From Bugula neritina (Eukaryota > Animalia > Bryozoa): a DNA stretch of 64,000 nucleotides. Made by a program: the position numbers and the translations under genes. The first letter of the stretch is position 1; each line of letters opens with the position of its first letter. The stretch lies in the NCBI GenBank assembly GCA_964035545.1, contig CAXIUT010000073.1, forward strand, positions 1 through 64,000, given 5' to 3'. The notes under the pieces are model-generated. The model searched no databases. It had not been told where the DNA came from and was given only the letters and a program-made list of their open reading frames with translations. This document shows positions 8,601 through 23,700 of this stretch, in pieces.

Positions 8601-11600
8601 ACTAGCTGAATATAAGACTTTGAAACATAACCCTTCAATTTCATTGCACCAGCACCGGTTGCAAGATAGGTGTGTTGGGAGTTATCTTTCCTAAAAATTT
8701 GTTTTCGGCGTTTATACGAAGCAGACACAGGCTAATATTAATTTTGTTATTTGCAAGAGTTTTTCTGTCTGATTGTCCATCAGCAAAATTGTTTGCGCCT
8801 TGCAGTTATTATGGAAATACCAGTGATGCTGGAAGACCTTTGCATTGTACACCCGCCTTTACTATTGAATTTAGATGTTTTATTTTCCCATCCCCTCTCC
8901 TGCCCCCCTGTCCCCTCTAACAACCAGCAATCCTGACTCATGTGAAATGTGTTATTGTTTTAGAGTTGGACCATGGGCCTACAGTATACGATTTGAAGCC
9001 TTATTGTTTACAGGCAGTCGAGATGAGTCACTGCTGAAACCCATTTTATTAGTAGACTATATTGCTCTTTAATCATCAGTTTTCATATTAAAACAAACAG
9101 CTCGTCTGCAGCGCCATTTCACAGTATTATACTTTGCTAGAGCAATAACTAATTTTAGATGCCTTTGCAAACATATGAGAAATAAATGAGTCATTTTATG
9201 AAAAGAGGTGTTTGAAGCAATTGTCCACTTTTGATTTAGACGCGGCATGGAAACTTTTGTAGTTTCAAATAATATCTCCAAACTCATCACTTGCATGTGT
9301 TTATATGCTTGATAAAGTTTTTCATGCAAAACTTGATGCCTGCTTCAAAGACACCAGTGCTTAATTACTGTGTTAACTGTATTGGCACGTTGCCATTTGA
9401 GATTTGGTAATATTTCGCATCACAACAAACTCTTCAGAAAGTTAAGAAAATTAGTCTAGAAAGTTAATGAAATAAACCTACCAGAGAGAGTAAGCCAGAT
9501 GTAACAAGTAGATCCAAAACAAGTTGATTAACAATTGAAGTTGAAATCTCCATGTAGTGAACACTTTAGTCCTAATGTCAAATGCAAACGTCTGCAACCA
9601 AACTGTGTAGACTTCATGAGCTGGTTAGCTGACAGGACTCATTAAAGTTCTTAACTCTTGTGTGTATAGTGATGCCCATCTTGAACTAGAGAGGGCTGAC
9701 TGAAGACTGCTACTTTGTGAAAATTGACAATGCATATTATTATTATTCATTGTTGAGATTCACGGCTGCCATAAACAATGATAAAATATTCATTGTTGGT
9801 ACTAGTGAGTAGAATAAAATATAATATAATAATTTCTTGACAGAAAAATAATATCATATACAGAATATAACTTACCATAACTCTACAGTGCTTCACCTCT
9901 TCAACTTTTTCGGCAATGTCATTTCCTACTAGTTAGAAGTACTAGCTGAATATAGGACTTTGAAACACAACCCTTCAATTCCATTGCACCAGCACCGGTT
10001 GCAAGATAGGTGTGTTGGGAGTTATCTTTCCTAAAATTTTGTTCTTGGCGTTTATACGAAACAGACACAGGCTAATATTAGTTCTGTTATTTGCAAGAGT
10101 TTTTCTGTCTGGTTGTCCATCAGCAAAATTTTGCGCCTTGCAGTTTTTATGGAAATACCAGTGATGCTGGAAGACCTTTGCATTGTACACCCGCCTTCAC
10201 TATTGAATTTAGATGTTTTATTTTCCCATCCCCTCTCCTGCCCCCCTGTCCCCTCTAACAACCAGCAATCCTGACTCATGTGAAATGTGTTATTGTTTTA
10301 GAGTTGGACCATGGGCCTACAGTATACGATTTAAAGCTTTATTGTTCACAGGCAGTCGAGATGAGTCACTGCTGAAACCAATTTTATTAGTAGACTATAT
10401 TGCTCTTTAATCATCAGTTTTCATATTAAAACAGAAAGCTCATCTGCAGCGCCATTTCACAGTATTATACTTTGCTAGAGCAATAACTAATTTTAGATGC
10501 CTTTGCAAACATATGAGAAATAAATGAGTCATTTTATGAAAAGAGGTGTTTGCAGCAATTGTCCACTTTTGATTTAGACGCGGCATGGAAACTTTTGTAG
10601 TTTTAAATAATGCATCCAAACTCATCACTTGCATGTGTTTATATGCTTGATAAAGTTTTTCATGCAAAACTTGATGCCTGCTTCAAAGACACCAGTGCTT
10701 AATTACTGTGTTAACTGTATTGGCACGTTGCCATTTGATATTTGGTAATATTTCGCATCACAACAAACTCTTCAGAAAGTTAAGAAAATTAGTCTAGAAA
10801 GTTAATGAAATAAACCTACCAGAGAGAGTAAGCCAGATGTAACAAGTAGATCCAAAACAAGTTGATTAACAATTGAAGTTGAAATCTCCATGTAGTGAAC
10901 ACTTTAGTCCTAATGTCAAATGCAAACGTCTGCAACCAAACTGTGTAGACTTCATGAGCTGGTTAGCTGACAGGACTCATTAAAGTTCTTAACTCTTGTG
11001 TGTATAGTGATGCCCATCTTGAACTAGAGAGGGCTGACTGAAGACTGCTACTTTGTGAAAATTGACAATGCATATTATTATTATTCATTGTTGAGATTCA
11101 CGGCTGCCATAAACAATGATAAAATATTCATTGTTGGTACTAGTGAGTAGAATAAAATATAATATAATAATTTCTTGACAGATAAATAATATCATATACA
11201 GAATCTAACTTACCATAACTCTACAGTGCTTCACCTCTTCAACTTTTTCGGCAATGTTATTTCCTTCTAGTTAAAAGTACTAGCTGAATATAAGACTTTG
11301 AAACATAACCCTTCAATTTCATTGCACTAGCACCGGTTGCAAGATAGGTGTGTTGGGAGTTATCTTTCCTAAAAATTTGTTTTCGGCGTTTATACGAAGC
11401 AGACACAGGCTAATATTAATTTTGTTATTTGCAAGAGTTTTTCTGTCTGATTGTCCATCAGCAAAATTGTTTGCGCCTTGCAGTTATTATGGAAATACCA
11501 GTGATGCTGGAAGACCTTTGCATTGTACACCCGCCTTTACTATTGAATTTAGATGTTTTATTTTCCCATCCCCTCTCCTGCCCCCCTGTCCCCTCTAACA

Positions 11601-14600
11601 ACCAGCAATCCTGACTCATGTGAAATGTGTTATTGTTTTAGAGTTGGACCATGGGCCTACAGTATACGATTTGAAGCCTTATTGTTTACAGGCAGTCGAG
11701 ATGAGTCACTGCTGAAACCCATTTTATTAGTAGACTATATTGCTCTTTAATCATCAGTTTTCATATTAAAACAAACAGCTCGTCTGCAGCGCCATTTCAC
11801 AGTATTATACTTTGCTAGAGCAATAACTAATTTTAGATGCCTTTGCAAACATATGAGAAATAAATGAGTCATTTTATGAAAAGAGGTGTTTGAAGCAATT
11901 GTCCACTTTTGATTTAGACGCGGCATGGAAACTTTTGTAGTTTCAAATAATATCTCCAAACTCATCACTTGCATGTGTTTATATGCTTGATAAAGTTTTT
12001 CATGCAAAACTTGATGCCTGCTTCAAAGACACCAGTGCTTAATTACTGTGTTAACTGTATTGGCACGTTGCCATTTGAGATTTGGTAATATTTCACATCA
12101 CAACAAACTCTTCAGAAAGTTAAGAAAATTAGTCTAGAAAGTTAATGAAATAAACCTACCAGAGAGAGTAAGCCAGATGTAACAAGTAGATCCAAAACAA
12201 GTTGATTAACAATTGAAGTTGAAATCTCCATGTAGTGAACACTTTAGTCCTAATGTCAAATGCAAACGTCTGCAACCAAACTGTGTAGACTTCATGAGCT
12301 GGTTAGCTGACAGGACTCATTAAAGTTCTTAACTCTTGTGTGTATAGTGATGCCCATCTTGAACTAGAGAGGGCTGACTGAAGACTGCTACTTTGTGAAA
12401 ATTGACAATGCATATTATTATTATTCATTGTTGAGATTCACGGCTGCCATAAACAATGATAAAATATTCATTGTTGGTACTAGTGAGTAGAATAAAATAT
12501 AATATAATAATTTCTTGACAGAAAAATAATATCATATACAGAATCTAACTTACCATAACTCTACAGTGCTTCACCTCTTCAACTTTTTCGGCAATGTCAT
12601 TTCCTACTAGTTAGAAGTACTAGCTGAATATAGGACTTTAAAACACAACCCTTCAATTCCATTGCACCAGCACCGGTTGCAAGATAGGTGTGTTGGGAGT
12701 TATCTTTCCTACAATTTTGTTCTTGGCGTTTATACGAAACAGACACAGGCTAATATTAGTTCTGTTATTTGCAAGAGTTTTTCTGTCTGGTTGTCCATCA
12801 GCAAAATTTTGCGCCTTGCAGTTTTTATGGAAATACCAGTGATGCTGGAAGACCTTTGCATTGTACACCCGCCTTCACTATTGAATTTAGATGTTTTATT
12901 TTCCCATCCCCTCTCCTGCCCCCCTGTCCCCTCTAACAACCAGCAATCCTGACTCATGTGAAATGTGTTATTGTTTTAGAGTTGGACCATGGGCCTACAG
13001 TATACGATTTGAAGCTTTATTGTTTACAGGCAGTCGAGATGAGTCACTGCTGAAACCCATTTTATTAGTAGACTATATTGCTCTTTAATCATCAGTTTTC
13101 ATATTAAAACAGAAAGCTCATCTGCAGCGCCATTTCACAGTATTATACTTTGCTAGAGCAATAACTAATTTTAGATGCCTTTGCAAACATATGAGAAATA
13201 AATGAGTCATTTTATGAAAAGAGGTGTTTGCAGCACTTGTCCACTTTTGATTTACACGTGGCATGGAAACTTTTGTAGTTTTAAATAATATCTCCAAACT
13301 CATCACTTGCATGTGTTTATATACATGATAAAGTTTTTCATGCAAAACTTGATGCCTGCTTCAAAGACACCAGTGCTTGATTACTGTGTTAACTGTATTG
13401 GCACGTTGCCATTTGATATTTGGTAATATTTCGCATCACAACAAACTCTTCAGAAAGTTAAGAAAATTAGTCTAGAAAGTTAATAAAATAAACCTACCAG
13501 AGAGAGTAAGCCAGATGTAACAAGTAGATCCAAAACAAGTTGATTAACAATTGAAGTTGAAATCTCCATGTAGTGAACACTTTAGTCCTAATGTCAAATG
13601 CAAACGTCTGCAACCAAACTGTGTAGACTTCATGAGCTGGTTAGCTGACAGGACTCATTAAAGTTCTTAACTCTTGTGTGTATAGTGATGCCCATCTTGA
13701 ACTAGAGAGGGCTGACTGAAGACTGCTACTTTGTGAAAATTGACAATGCATATTATTATTATTCATTGTTGAGATTCACGGCTGCCATAAACAATGATAA
13801 AATATTCATTGTTGGTACTAGTGAGTAGAATAAAATATAATATAATAATTTCTTGACAGATAAATAATATCATATACAGAATCTAACTTACCATAACTCT
13901 ACAGTGCTTCACCTCTTCAACTTTTTCGGCAATGTTATTTCCTTCTAGTTAAAAGTACTAGCTGAATATAAGACTTTGAAACATAACCCTTCAATTTCAT
14001 TGCACCAGCACCGGTTGCAAGATAGGTGTGTTGGGAGTTATCTTTCCTAAAAATTTGTTTTCGGCGTTTATACGAAGCAGACACAGGCTAATATTAATTT
14101 TGTTATTTGCAAGAGTTTTTCTGTCTGATTGTCCATCAGCAAAATTGTTTGCGCCTTGCAGTTATTATGGAAATACCAGTGATGCTGGAAGACCTTTGCA
14201 TTGTACACCCGCCTTTACTATTGAATTTAGATGTTTTATTTTCCCATCCCCTCTCCTGCCCCCCTGTCCCCTCTAACAACCAGCAATCCTGACTCATGTG
14301 AAATGTGTTATTGTTTTAGAGTTGGACCATGGGCCTACAGTATACGATTTGAAGCCTTATTGTTTACAGGCAGTCGAGATGAGTCACTGCTGAAACCCAT
14401 TTTATTAGTAGACTATATTGCTCTTTAATCATCAGTTTTCATATTAAAACAAACAGCTCGTCTGCAGCGCCATTTCACAGTATTATACTTTGCTAGAGCA
14501 ATAACTAATTTTAGATGCCTTTGCAAACATATGAGAAATAAATGAGTCATTTTATGAAAAGAGGTGTTTGAAGCAATTGTCCACTTTTGATTTAGACGCG

Positions 14601-14730
14601 GCATGGAAACTTTTGTAGTTTCAAATAATATCTCCAAACTCATCACTTGCATGTGTTTATATGCTTGATAAAGTTTTTCATGCAAAACTTGATGCCTGCT
14701 TCAAAGACACCAGTGCTTAATTACTGTGTT

Positions 14731-17700
14731 AACTGTATTGGCACGTTGCCATTTGAGATTTGGTAATATTTCGCATCACAACAAACTCTTCAGAAAGTTA
14801 AGAAAATTAGTCTAGAAAGTTAATGAAATAAACCTACCAGAGAGAGTAAGCCAGATGTAACAAGTAGATCCAAAACAAGTTGATTAACAATTGAAGTTGA
14901 AATCTCCATGTAGTGAACACTTTAGTCCTAATGTCAAATGCAAACGTCTGCAACCAAACTGTGTAGACTTCATGAGCTGGTTAGCTGACAGGACTCATTA
15001 AAGTTCTTAACTCTTGTGTGTATAGTGATGCCCATCTTGAACTAGAGAGGGCTGACTGAAGACTGCTACTTTGTGAAAATTGACAATGCATATTATTATT
15101 ATTCATTGTTGAGATTCACGGCTGCCATAAACAATGATAAAATATTCATTGTTGGTACTAGTGAGTAGAATAAAATATAATATAATAATTTCTTGACAGA
15201 TAAATAATATCATATACAGAATATAACTTACCATAACTCTACAGTGCTTCACCTCTTCAACTTTTTCGGCAATGTTATTTCCTACTAGTTAGAAGTACTA
15301 GCTGAATATAGGACTTTGAAACACAACCCTTCAATTCCATTGCACCAGCACCGGTTGCAAGATAGGTGTGTTGGGAGTTATCTTTCCTAAAATTTTGTTC
15401 TTGGCGTTTATACGAAACAGACACAGGCTAATATTAGTTCTGTTATTTGCAAGAGTTTTTCTGTCTGGTTGTCCATCAGCAAATTTTTGCGCCTTGCAGT
15501 TTTTATGGAAATACTAGTGATGCTGGAAGACCTTTGCATTGTACACCCGCCTTCACTATTGAATTTAGATGTTTTATTTTCCCATCCCCTCTCCTGCCCC
15601 CCTGTCCCCTCTAACAACCAGCAATCCTGACTCATGTGAAATGTGTTATTGTTTTAGAGTTAGACCATGGGCCTACAGTATACGATTTGAAGCTTTATTG
15701 TTTACAGGCAGTCGAGATGAGTCACTGCTGAAACCCATTTTATTAGTAGACTATATTGCTCTTTAATCATCAGTTTTCATATTATAACAGAAAGCTCATC
15801 TGCAGCGCCATTTCACAGTATTATACTTTGCTAGAGCAATAACTAATTTTAGATGCCTTTGCAAACATATGCGAAATAAATGAGTCATTTTATGAAAAGA
15901 GGTGTTTGCAGCACTTGTCCACTTTTGATTTACACGTGGCATGGAAACTTTTGTAGTTTTAAATAATATCTCCAAACTCATCACTTGCATGTGTTTATAT
16001 ACATGATAAAGTTTTTCATGCAAAACTTGATGCCTGCTTCAAAGACACCAGTGCTTGATTACTGTGTTAACTGTATTGGCACGTTGCCATTTGATATTTG
16101 GTAATATTTCGCATCACAACAAACTCTTCAGAAAGTTAAGAAAATTAGTCTAGAAAGTTAATGAAATAAACCTACCAGAGAGAGTAAGCCAGATGTAACA
16201 AGTAGATCCAAAACAAGTTGATTAACAATTGAAGTTGAAATCTCCATGTAGTGAACACTTTAGTCCTAATGTCAAATGCAAACGTCTGCAACCAAACTGT
16301 GTAGACTTCATGAGCTGGTTAGCTGACAGGACTCATTAAAGTTCTTAACTCTTGTGTGTATAGTGATGCCCATCTTGAACTAGAGAGGGCTGACTGAAGA
16401 CTGCTACTTTGTGAAAATTGACAATGCATATTATTATTATTCATTGTTGAGATTCACGGCTGCCATAAACAATGATAAAATATTCATTGTTGGTACTAGT
16501 GAGTAGAATAAAATATAATATAATAATTTCTTGACAGATAAATAATATCATATACAGAATCCAACTTACCATAACTCTACAGTGCTTCACCTCTTCAACT
16601 TTTTCGGCAATGTTATTTCCTTCTAGTTAAAAGTACTAGCTGAATATTAGACTTTGAAACATAACCCTTCAATTTCATTGCACCAGCACCGGTTGCAAGA
16701 TAGGTGTGTTGGGAGTTATCTTTCCTAAAAATTTGTTTTCGGCGTTTATACGAAGCAGACACAGGCTAATATTAATTTTGTTATTTGCAAGAGTTTTTCT
16801 GTCTGGTTGTCCATCAGCAAAATTTTGCGCCTTGCAGTTTTTATGGAAATACCAGTGATGCTGGAAGACCTTTGCATTGTACACCCGCCTTTACTATTGA
16901 ATTTAGATGTTTAATTTTCCCATCCCCTCTCCTGCCCCCCTGTCCCCTTTAACAACCAGCAATCCTGACTCATGTGAAATGTGTTATTGTTTTAGAGTTG
17001 GACCATGGGCCTACAGTATACGATTTGAAGCTTTATTGTTTACAGGCAGTCGAGATGAGTCACTGCTGAAACCCATTTTATTAGTAGACTATATTGCTCT
17101 TTAATCATCAGTTTTCATATTAAAACAAACAGCTCATCTGCAGCGCCATTTCACAGTATTATACTTTGCTAGAGCAATAACTAATTTTAGATGCCTTTGC
17201 AAACATATGAGAAATAAATGAGTCATTTTATGAAAAGAGGTGTTTGCAGCAATTGTCCACTTTTGATTTAGACGCGGCATGGAAACTTTTGTAGTTTTAA
17301 ATAATATCTCCAAACTCATCACTTGCATGTGTTTATATGCTTGATAAAGTTTTTCATGCAAAACTTGATGCCTGCTTCAAAGACACCAGTGCTTAATTAC
17401 TGTGTTAACTGTATTGGCACGTTGCCATTTGATATTTGGTAATATTTCGCATCACAACAAACTCTTCAGAAAGTTAAGAAAATTAGTCTAGAAAGTTAAT
17501 GAAATAAACCTACCAGAGAGAGTAAGCCAGATGTAACAAGTAGATCCAAAACAAGTTGATTAACAATTGAAGTTGAAATCTCCATGTAGTGAACACTTTA
17601 GTCCTAATGTCAAATGCAAACGTCTGCAACCAAACTGTGTAGACTTCATGAGCTGGTTAGCTGACAGGACTCATTAAAGTTCTTAACTCTTGTGTGTATA

Positions 17701-20700
17701 GTGATGCCCATCTTGAACTAGAGAGGGCTGACTGAAGACTGCTACTTTGTGAAAATTGACAATGCATATTATTATTATTCATTGTTGAGATTCACGGCTG
17801 CCATAAACAATGATAAAATATTAATTGTTGGTACTAGTGAGTAGAATAAAATATAATATAATAATTTCTTGACAGATAAATAATATCATATACAGAATAT
17901 AACTTACCATAACTCTACAGTGCTTCACCTCTTCAACTTTTTCGGCAATGTCATTTCCTACTAGTTAGAAGTACTAGCTGAATATAGGACTTTGAAACAC
18001 AACCCTTCAATTCCATTGCACCAGCACCGGTTGCAAGATAGGTGTGTTGGGAGTTATCTTTCCTAAAATTTTGTTCTTGGCGTTTATACGAAACAGACAC
18101 AGGCTAATATTAGTTCTGTTATTTGCAAGAGTTTTTCTGTCTGGTTGTCCATCAGCAAAATTTTGCGCCTTGCAGTTTTTATGGAAATACCAGTGATGCT
18201 GGAAGACCTTTGCATTGTACACCCGCCTTCACTATTGAATTTAGATGTTTTATTTTCCCATCCCCTCTCCTGCCCCCCTGTCCCCTCTAACAACCAGCAA
18301 TCCTGACTCATGTGAAATGTGTTATTGTTTTAGAGTTGGACCATGGGCCTACAGTATACGATTTGAAGCTTTATTGTTTACAGGCAGTCGAGATGAGTCA
18401 CTGCTGAAACCCATTTTATTAGTAGACTATATTGCTCTTTAATCATCAGTTTTCATATTAAAACAGAAAGCTCATCTGCAGCGCCATTTCACAGTATTAT
18501 ACTTTGCTAGAGCAATAACTAATTTTAGATGCCTTTGCAAACATATGAGAAATAAATGAGTCATTTTATGAAAAGAGGTGTTTGCAGCACTTGTCCACTT
18601 TTGATTTACACGTGGCATGGAAACTTTTGTAGTTTTAAATAATATCTCCAAACTCATCACTTGCATGTGTTTATATACATGATAAAGTTTTTCATGCAAA
18701 ACTTGATGCCTGCTTCAAAGACACCAGTGCTTGATTACTGTGTTAACTGTATTGGCACGTTGCCATTTGATATTTGGTAATATTTCGCATCACAACAAAC
18801 TCTTCAGAAAGTTAAGAAAATTAGTCTAGAAAGTTAATGAAATAAACCTACCAGAGAGAGTAAGCCAGATGTAACAAGTAGATCCAAAACAAGTTGATTA
18901 ACAATTGAAGTTGAAATCTCCATGTAGTGAACACTTTAGTCCTAATGTCAAATGCAAACGTCTGCAACCAAACTGTGTAGACTTCATGAGCTGGTTAGCT
19001 GACAGGACTCATTAAAGTTCTTAACTCTTGTGTGTATAGTGTTGCCCATCTTGAACTAGAGAGGGCTGACTGAAGACTGCTACTTTGTGAAAATTGACAA
19101 TGCATATTATTATTATTCATTGTTGAGATTCACGGCTGCCATAAACAATGATAAAATATTCATTGTTGGTACTAGTGAGTAGAATAAAATATAATATAAT
19201 AATTTCTTGACAGATAAATAATATCATATACAGAATCTAACTTACCATAACTCTACAGTGCTTCACCTCTTCAACTTTTTCGGCAATGTTATTTCCTTCT
19301 AGTTAAAAGTACTAGCTGAATATTAGACTTTGAAACATAACCCTTCAATTCCATTGCACCAGCACCGGTTGCAAGATAGGTGTGTTGGGAGTTATCTTTC
19401 CTAAAATTTTGTTCTTGGCGTTTATACGAAACAGACACAGGCTAATATTAGTTCTGTTATTTGCAAGAGTTTTTCTGTCTGGTTGTCCATCAGCAAAATT
19501 TTGCGCCTTGCAGTTTTTATGGAAATACCAGTGATGCTGGAAGACCTTTGCATTGTACACCCGCCTTCACTATTGAATTTAGATGTTTTATTTTCCCATC
19601 CCCTCTCCTGCCCCCCTGTCCCCTCTAACAACCAGCAATCCTGACTCATGTGAAATGTGTTATTGTTTTAGAGTTGGACCATGGGCCTACAGTATACGAT
19701 TTGAAGCTTTATTGTTTACAGGCAGTCGAGATGAGTCACTGCTGAAACCCATTTTATTAGTAGACTATATTGCTCTTTAATCATCAGTTTTCATATTAAA
19801 ACAGAAAGCTCATCTGCAGCGCCATTTCACAGTATTATACTTTGCTAGAGCAATAACTAATTTTAGATGCCTTTGCAAACATATGAGAAATAAATGAGTC
19901 ATTTTATGAAAAGAGGTGTTTGAAGCAATTGTCCACTTTTGATTTAGACGCGGCATGGAAACTTTTGTAGTTTCAAATAATATCTCCAAACTCATCACTT
20001 GCATGTGTTTATATGCTTGATAAAGTTTTTCATGCAAAACTTGATGCCTGCTTCAAAGACACCAGTGCTTAATTACTGTGTTAACTGTATTGGCACGTTG
20101 CCATTTGAGATTTGGTAATATTTCGCATCACAACAAACTCTTCAGAAAGTTAAGAAAATTAGTCTAGAAAGTTAATGAAATAAACCTACCAGAGAGAGTA
20201 AGCCAGATGTAACAAGTAGATCCAAAACAAGTTGATTAACAATTGAAGTTGAAATCTCCATGTAGTGAACACTTTAGTCCTAATGTCAAATGCAAACGTC
20301 TGCAACCAAACTGTGTAGACTTCATGAGCTGGTTAGCTGACAGGACTCATTAAAGTTCTTAACTCTTGTGTGTATAGTGATGCCCATCTTGAACTAGAGA
20401 GGGCTGACTGAAGACTGCTACTTTGTGAAAATTGACAATGCATATTATTATTATTCATTGTTGAGATTCACGGCTGCCATAAACAATGATAAAATATTCA
20501 TTGTTGGTACTAGTGAGTAGAATAAAATATAATATAATAATTTCTTGACAGATAAATAATATCATATACAGAATATAACTTACCATAACTCTACAGTGCT
20601 TCACCTCTTCAACTTTTTCGGCAATGTTATTTCCTACTAGTTAGAAGTACTAGCTGAATATAGGACTTTGAAACACAACCCTTCAATTCCATTGCACCAG

Positions 20701-23700
20701 CACCGGTTGCAAGATAGGTGTGTTGGGAGTTATCTTTCCTAAAATTTTGTTCTTGGCGTTTATACGAAACAGACACAGGCTAATATTAGTTCTGTTATTT
20801 GCAAGAGTTTTTCTGTCTGGTTGTCCATCAGCAAATTTTTGCGCCTTGCAGTTTTTATGGAAATACTAGTGATGCTGGAAGACCTTTGCATTGTACACCC
20901 GCCTTCACTATTGAATTTAGATGTTTTATTTTCCCATCCCCTCTCCTGCCCCCCTGTCCCCTCTAACAACCAGCAATCCTGACTCATGTGAAATGTGTTA
21001 TTGTTTTAGAGTTGGACCATGGGCCTACAGTATACGATTTGAAGCTTTATTGTTTACAGGCAGTCGAGATGAGTCACTGCTGAAACCCATTTTATTAGTA
21101 GACTATATTGCTCTTTAATCATCAGTTTTCATATTATAACAGAAAGCTCATCTGCAGCGCCATTTCACAGTATTATACTTTGCTAGAGCAATAACTAATT
21201 TTAGATGCCTTTGCAAACATATGCGAAATAAATGAGTCATTTTATGAAAAGAGGTGTTTGCAGCACTTGTCCACTTTTGATTTACACGTGGCATGGAAAC
21301 TTTTGTAGTTTTAAATAATATCTCCAAACTCATCACTTGCATGTGTTTATATACATGATAAAGTTTTTCATGCAAAACTTGATGCCTGCTTCAAAGACAC
21401 CAGTGCTTGATTACTGTGTTAACTGTATTGGCACGTTGCCATTTGATATTTGGTAATATTTCGCATCACAACAAACTCTTCAGAAAGTTAAGAAAATTAG
21501 TCTAGAAAGTTAATGAAATAAACCTACCAGAGAGAGTAAGCCAGATGTAACAAGTAGATCCAAAACAAGTTGATTAACAATTGAAGTTGAAATCTCCATG
21601 TAGTGAACACTTTAGTCCTAATGTCAAATGCAAACGTCTGCAACCAAACTGTGTAGACTTCATGAGCTGGTTAGCTGACAGGACTCATTAAAGTTCTTAA
21701 CTCTTGTGTGTATAGTGATGCCCATCTTGAACTAGAGAGGGCTGACTGAAGACTGCTACTTTGTGAAAATTGACAATGCATATTATTATTATTCATTGTT
21801 GAGATTCACGGCTGCCATAAACAATGATAAAATATTCATTGTTGGTACTAGTGAGTAGAATAAAATATAATATAATAATTTCTTGACAGATAAATAATAT
21901 CATATACAGAATCCAACTTACCATAACTCTACAGTGCTTCACCTCTTCAACTTTTTCGGCAATGTTATTTCCTTCTAGTTAAAAGTACTAGCTGAATATT
22001 AGACTTTGAAACATAACCCTTCAATTTCATTGCACCAGCACCGGTTGCAAGATAGGTGTGTTGGGAGTTATCTTTCCTAAAAATTTGTTTTCGGCGTTTA
22101 TACGAAGCAGACACAGGCTAATATTAATTTTGTTATTTGCAAGAGTTTTTCTGTCTGGTTGTCCATCAGCAAAATTTTGCGCCTTGCAGTTTTTATGGAA
22201 ATACCAGTGATGCTGGAAGACCTTTGCATTGTACACCCGCCTTTACTATTGAATTTAGATGTTTTATTTTCCCATCCCCTCTCCTGCCCCCCTGTCCCCT
22301 TTAACAACCAGCAATCCTGACTCATGTGAAATGTGTTATTGTTTTAGAGTTGGACCATGGGCCTACAGTATACGATTTGAAGCTTTATTGTTTACAGGCA
22401 GTCGAGATGAGTCACTGCTGAAACCCATTTTATTAGTAGACTATATTGCTCTTTAATCATCAGTTTTCATATTAAAACAAACAGCTCATCTGCAGCGCCA
22501 TTTCACAGTATTATACTTTGCTAGAGCAATAACTAATTTTAGATGCCTTTGCAAACATATGAGAAATAAATGAGTCATTTTATGAAAAGAGGTGTTTGCA
22601 GCAATTGTCCACTTTTGATTTAGACGCGGCATGGAAACTTTTGTAGTTTTAAATAATATCTCCAAACTCATCACTTGCATGTGTTTATATGCTTGATAAA
22701 GTTTTTCATGCAAAACTTGATGCCTGCTTCAAAGACACCAGTGCTTAATTACTGTGTTAACTGTATTGGCACGTTGCCATTTGATATTTGGTAATATTTC
22801 GCATCACAACAAACTCTTCAGAAAGTTAAGAAAATTAGTCTAGAAAGTTAATGAAATAAACCTACCAGAGAGAGTAAGCCAGATGTAACAAGTAGATCCA
22901 AAACAAGTTGATTAACAATTGAAGTTGAAATCTCCATGTAGTGAACACTTTAGTCCTAATGTCAAATGCAAACGTCTGCAACCAAACTGTGTAGACTTCA
23001 TGAGCTGGTTAGCTGACAGGACTCATTAAAGTTCTTAACTCTTGTGTGTATAGTGTTGCCCATCTTGAACTAGAGAGGGCTGACTGAAGACTGCTACTTT
23101 GTGAAAATTGACAATGCATATTATTATTATTCATTGTTGAGATTCACGGCTGCCATAAACAATGATAAAATATTCATTGTTGGTACTAGTGAGTAGAATA
23201 AAATATAATATAATAATTTCTTGACAGATAAATAATATCATATACAGAATCTAACTTACCATAACTCTACAGTGCTTCACCTCTTCAACTTTTTCGGCAA
23301 TGTTATTTCCTTCTAGTTAAAAGTACTAGCTGAATATTAGACTTTGAAACATAACCCTTCAATTCCATTGCACCAGCACCGGTTGCAAGATAGGTGTGTT
23401 GGGAGTTATCTTTCCTAAAATTTTGTTCTTGGCGTTTATACGAAACAGACACAGGCTAATATTAGTTCTGTTATTTGCAAGAGTTTTTCTGTCTGGTTGT
23501 CCATCAGCAAAATTTTGCGCCTTGCAGTTTTTATGGAAATACCAGTGATGCTGGAAGACCTTTGCATTGTACACCCGCCTTTACTATTGAATTTAGATGT
23601 TTTATTTTCCCATCCCCTCTCCTGCCCCCCTGTCCCCTTTAACAACCAGCAATCCTGACTCATGTGAAATGTGTTATTGTTTTAGAGTTGGACCATGGGC

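Larger units (their letters stand above)
1..14730. repeat. Higher-order repeat domain: alternating A/B dimer, 2678-bp period (5.5 dimers)
   Basis: The A-specific ORF starts at 638, 3316, 5994, 8672, 11350 and 14028, exactly 2678 bp apart, then disappears until ~39450. Confidence 0.95.
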
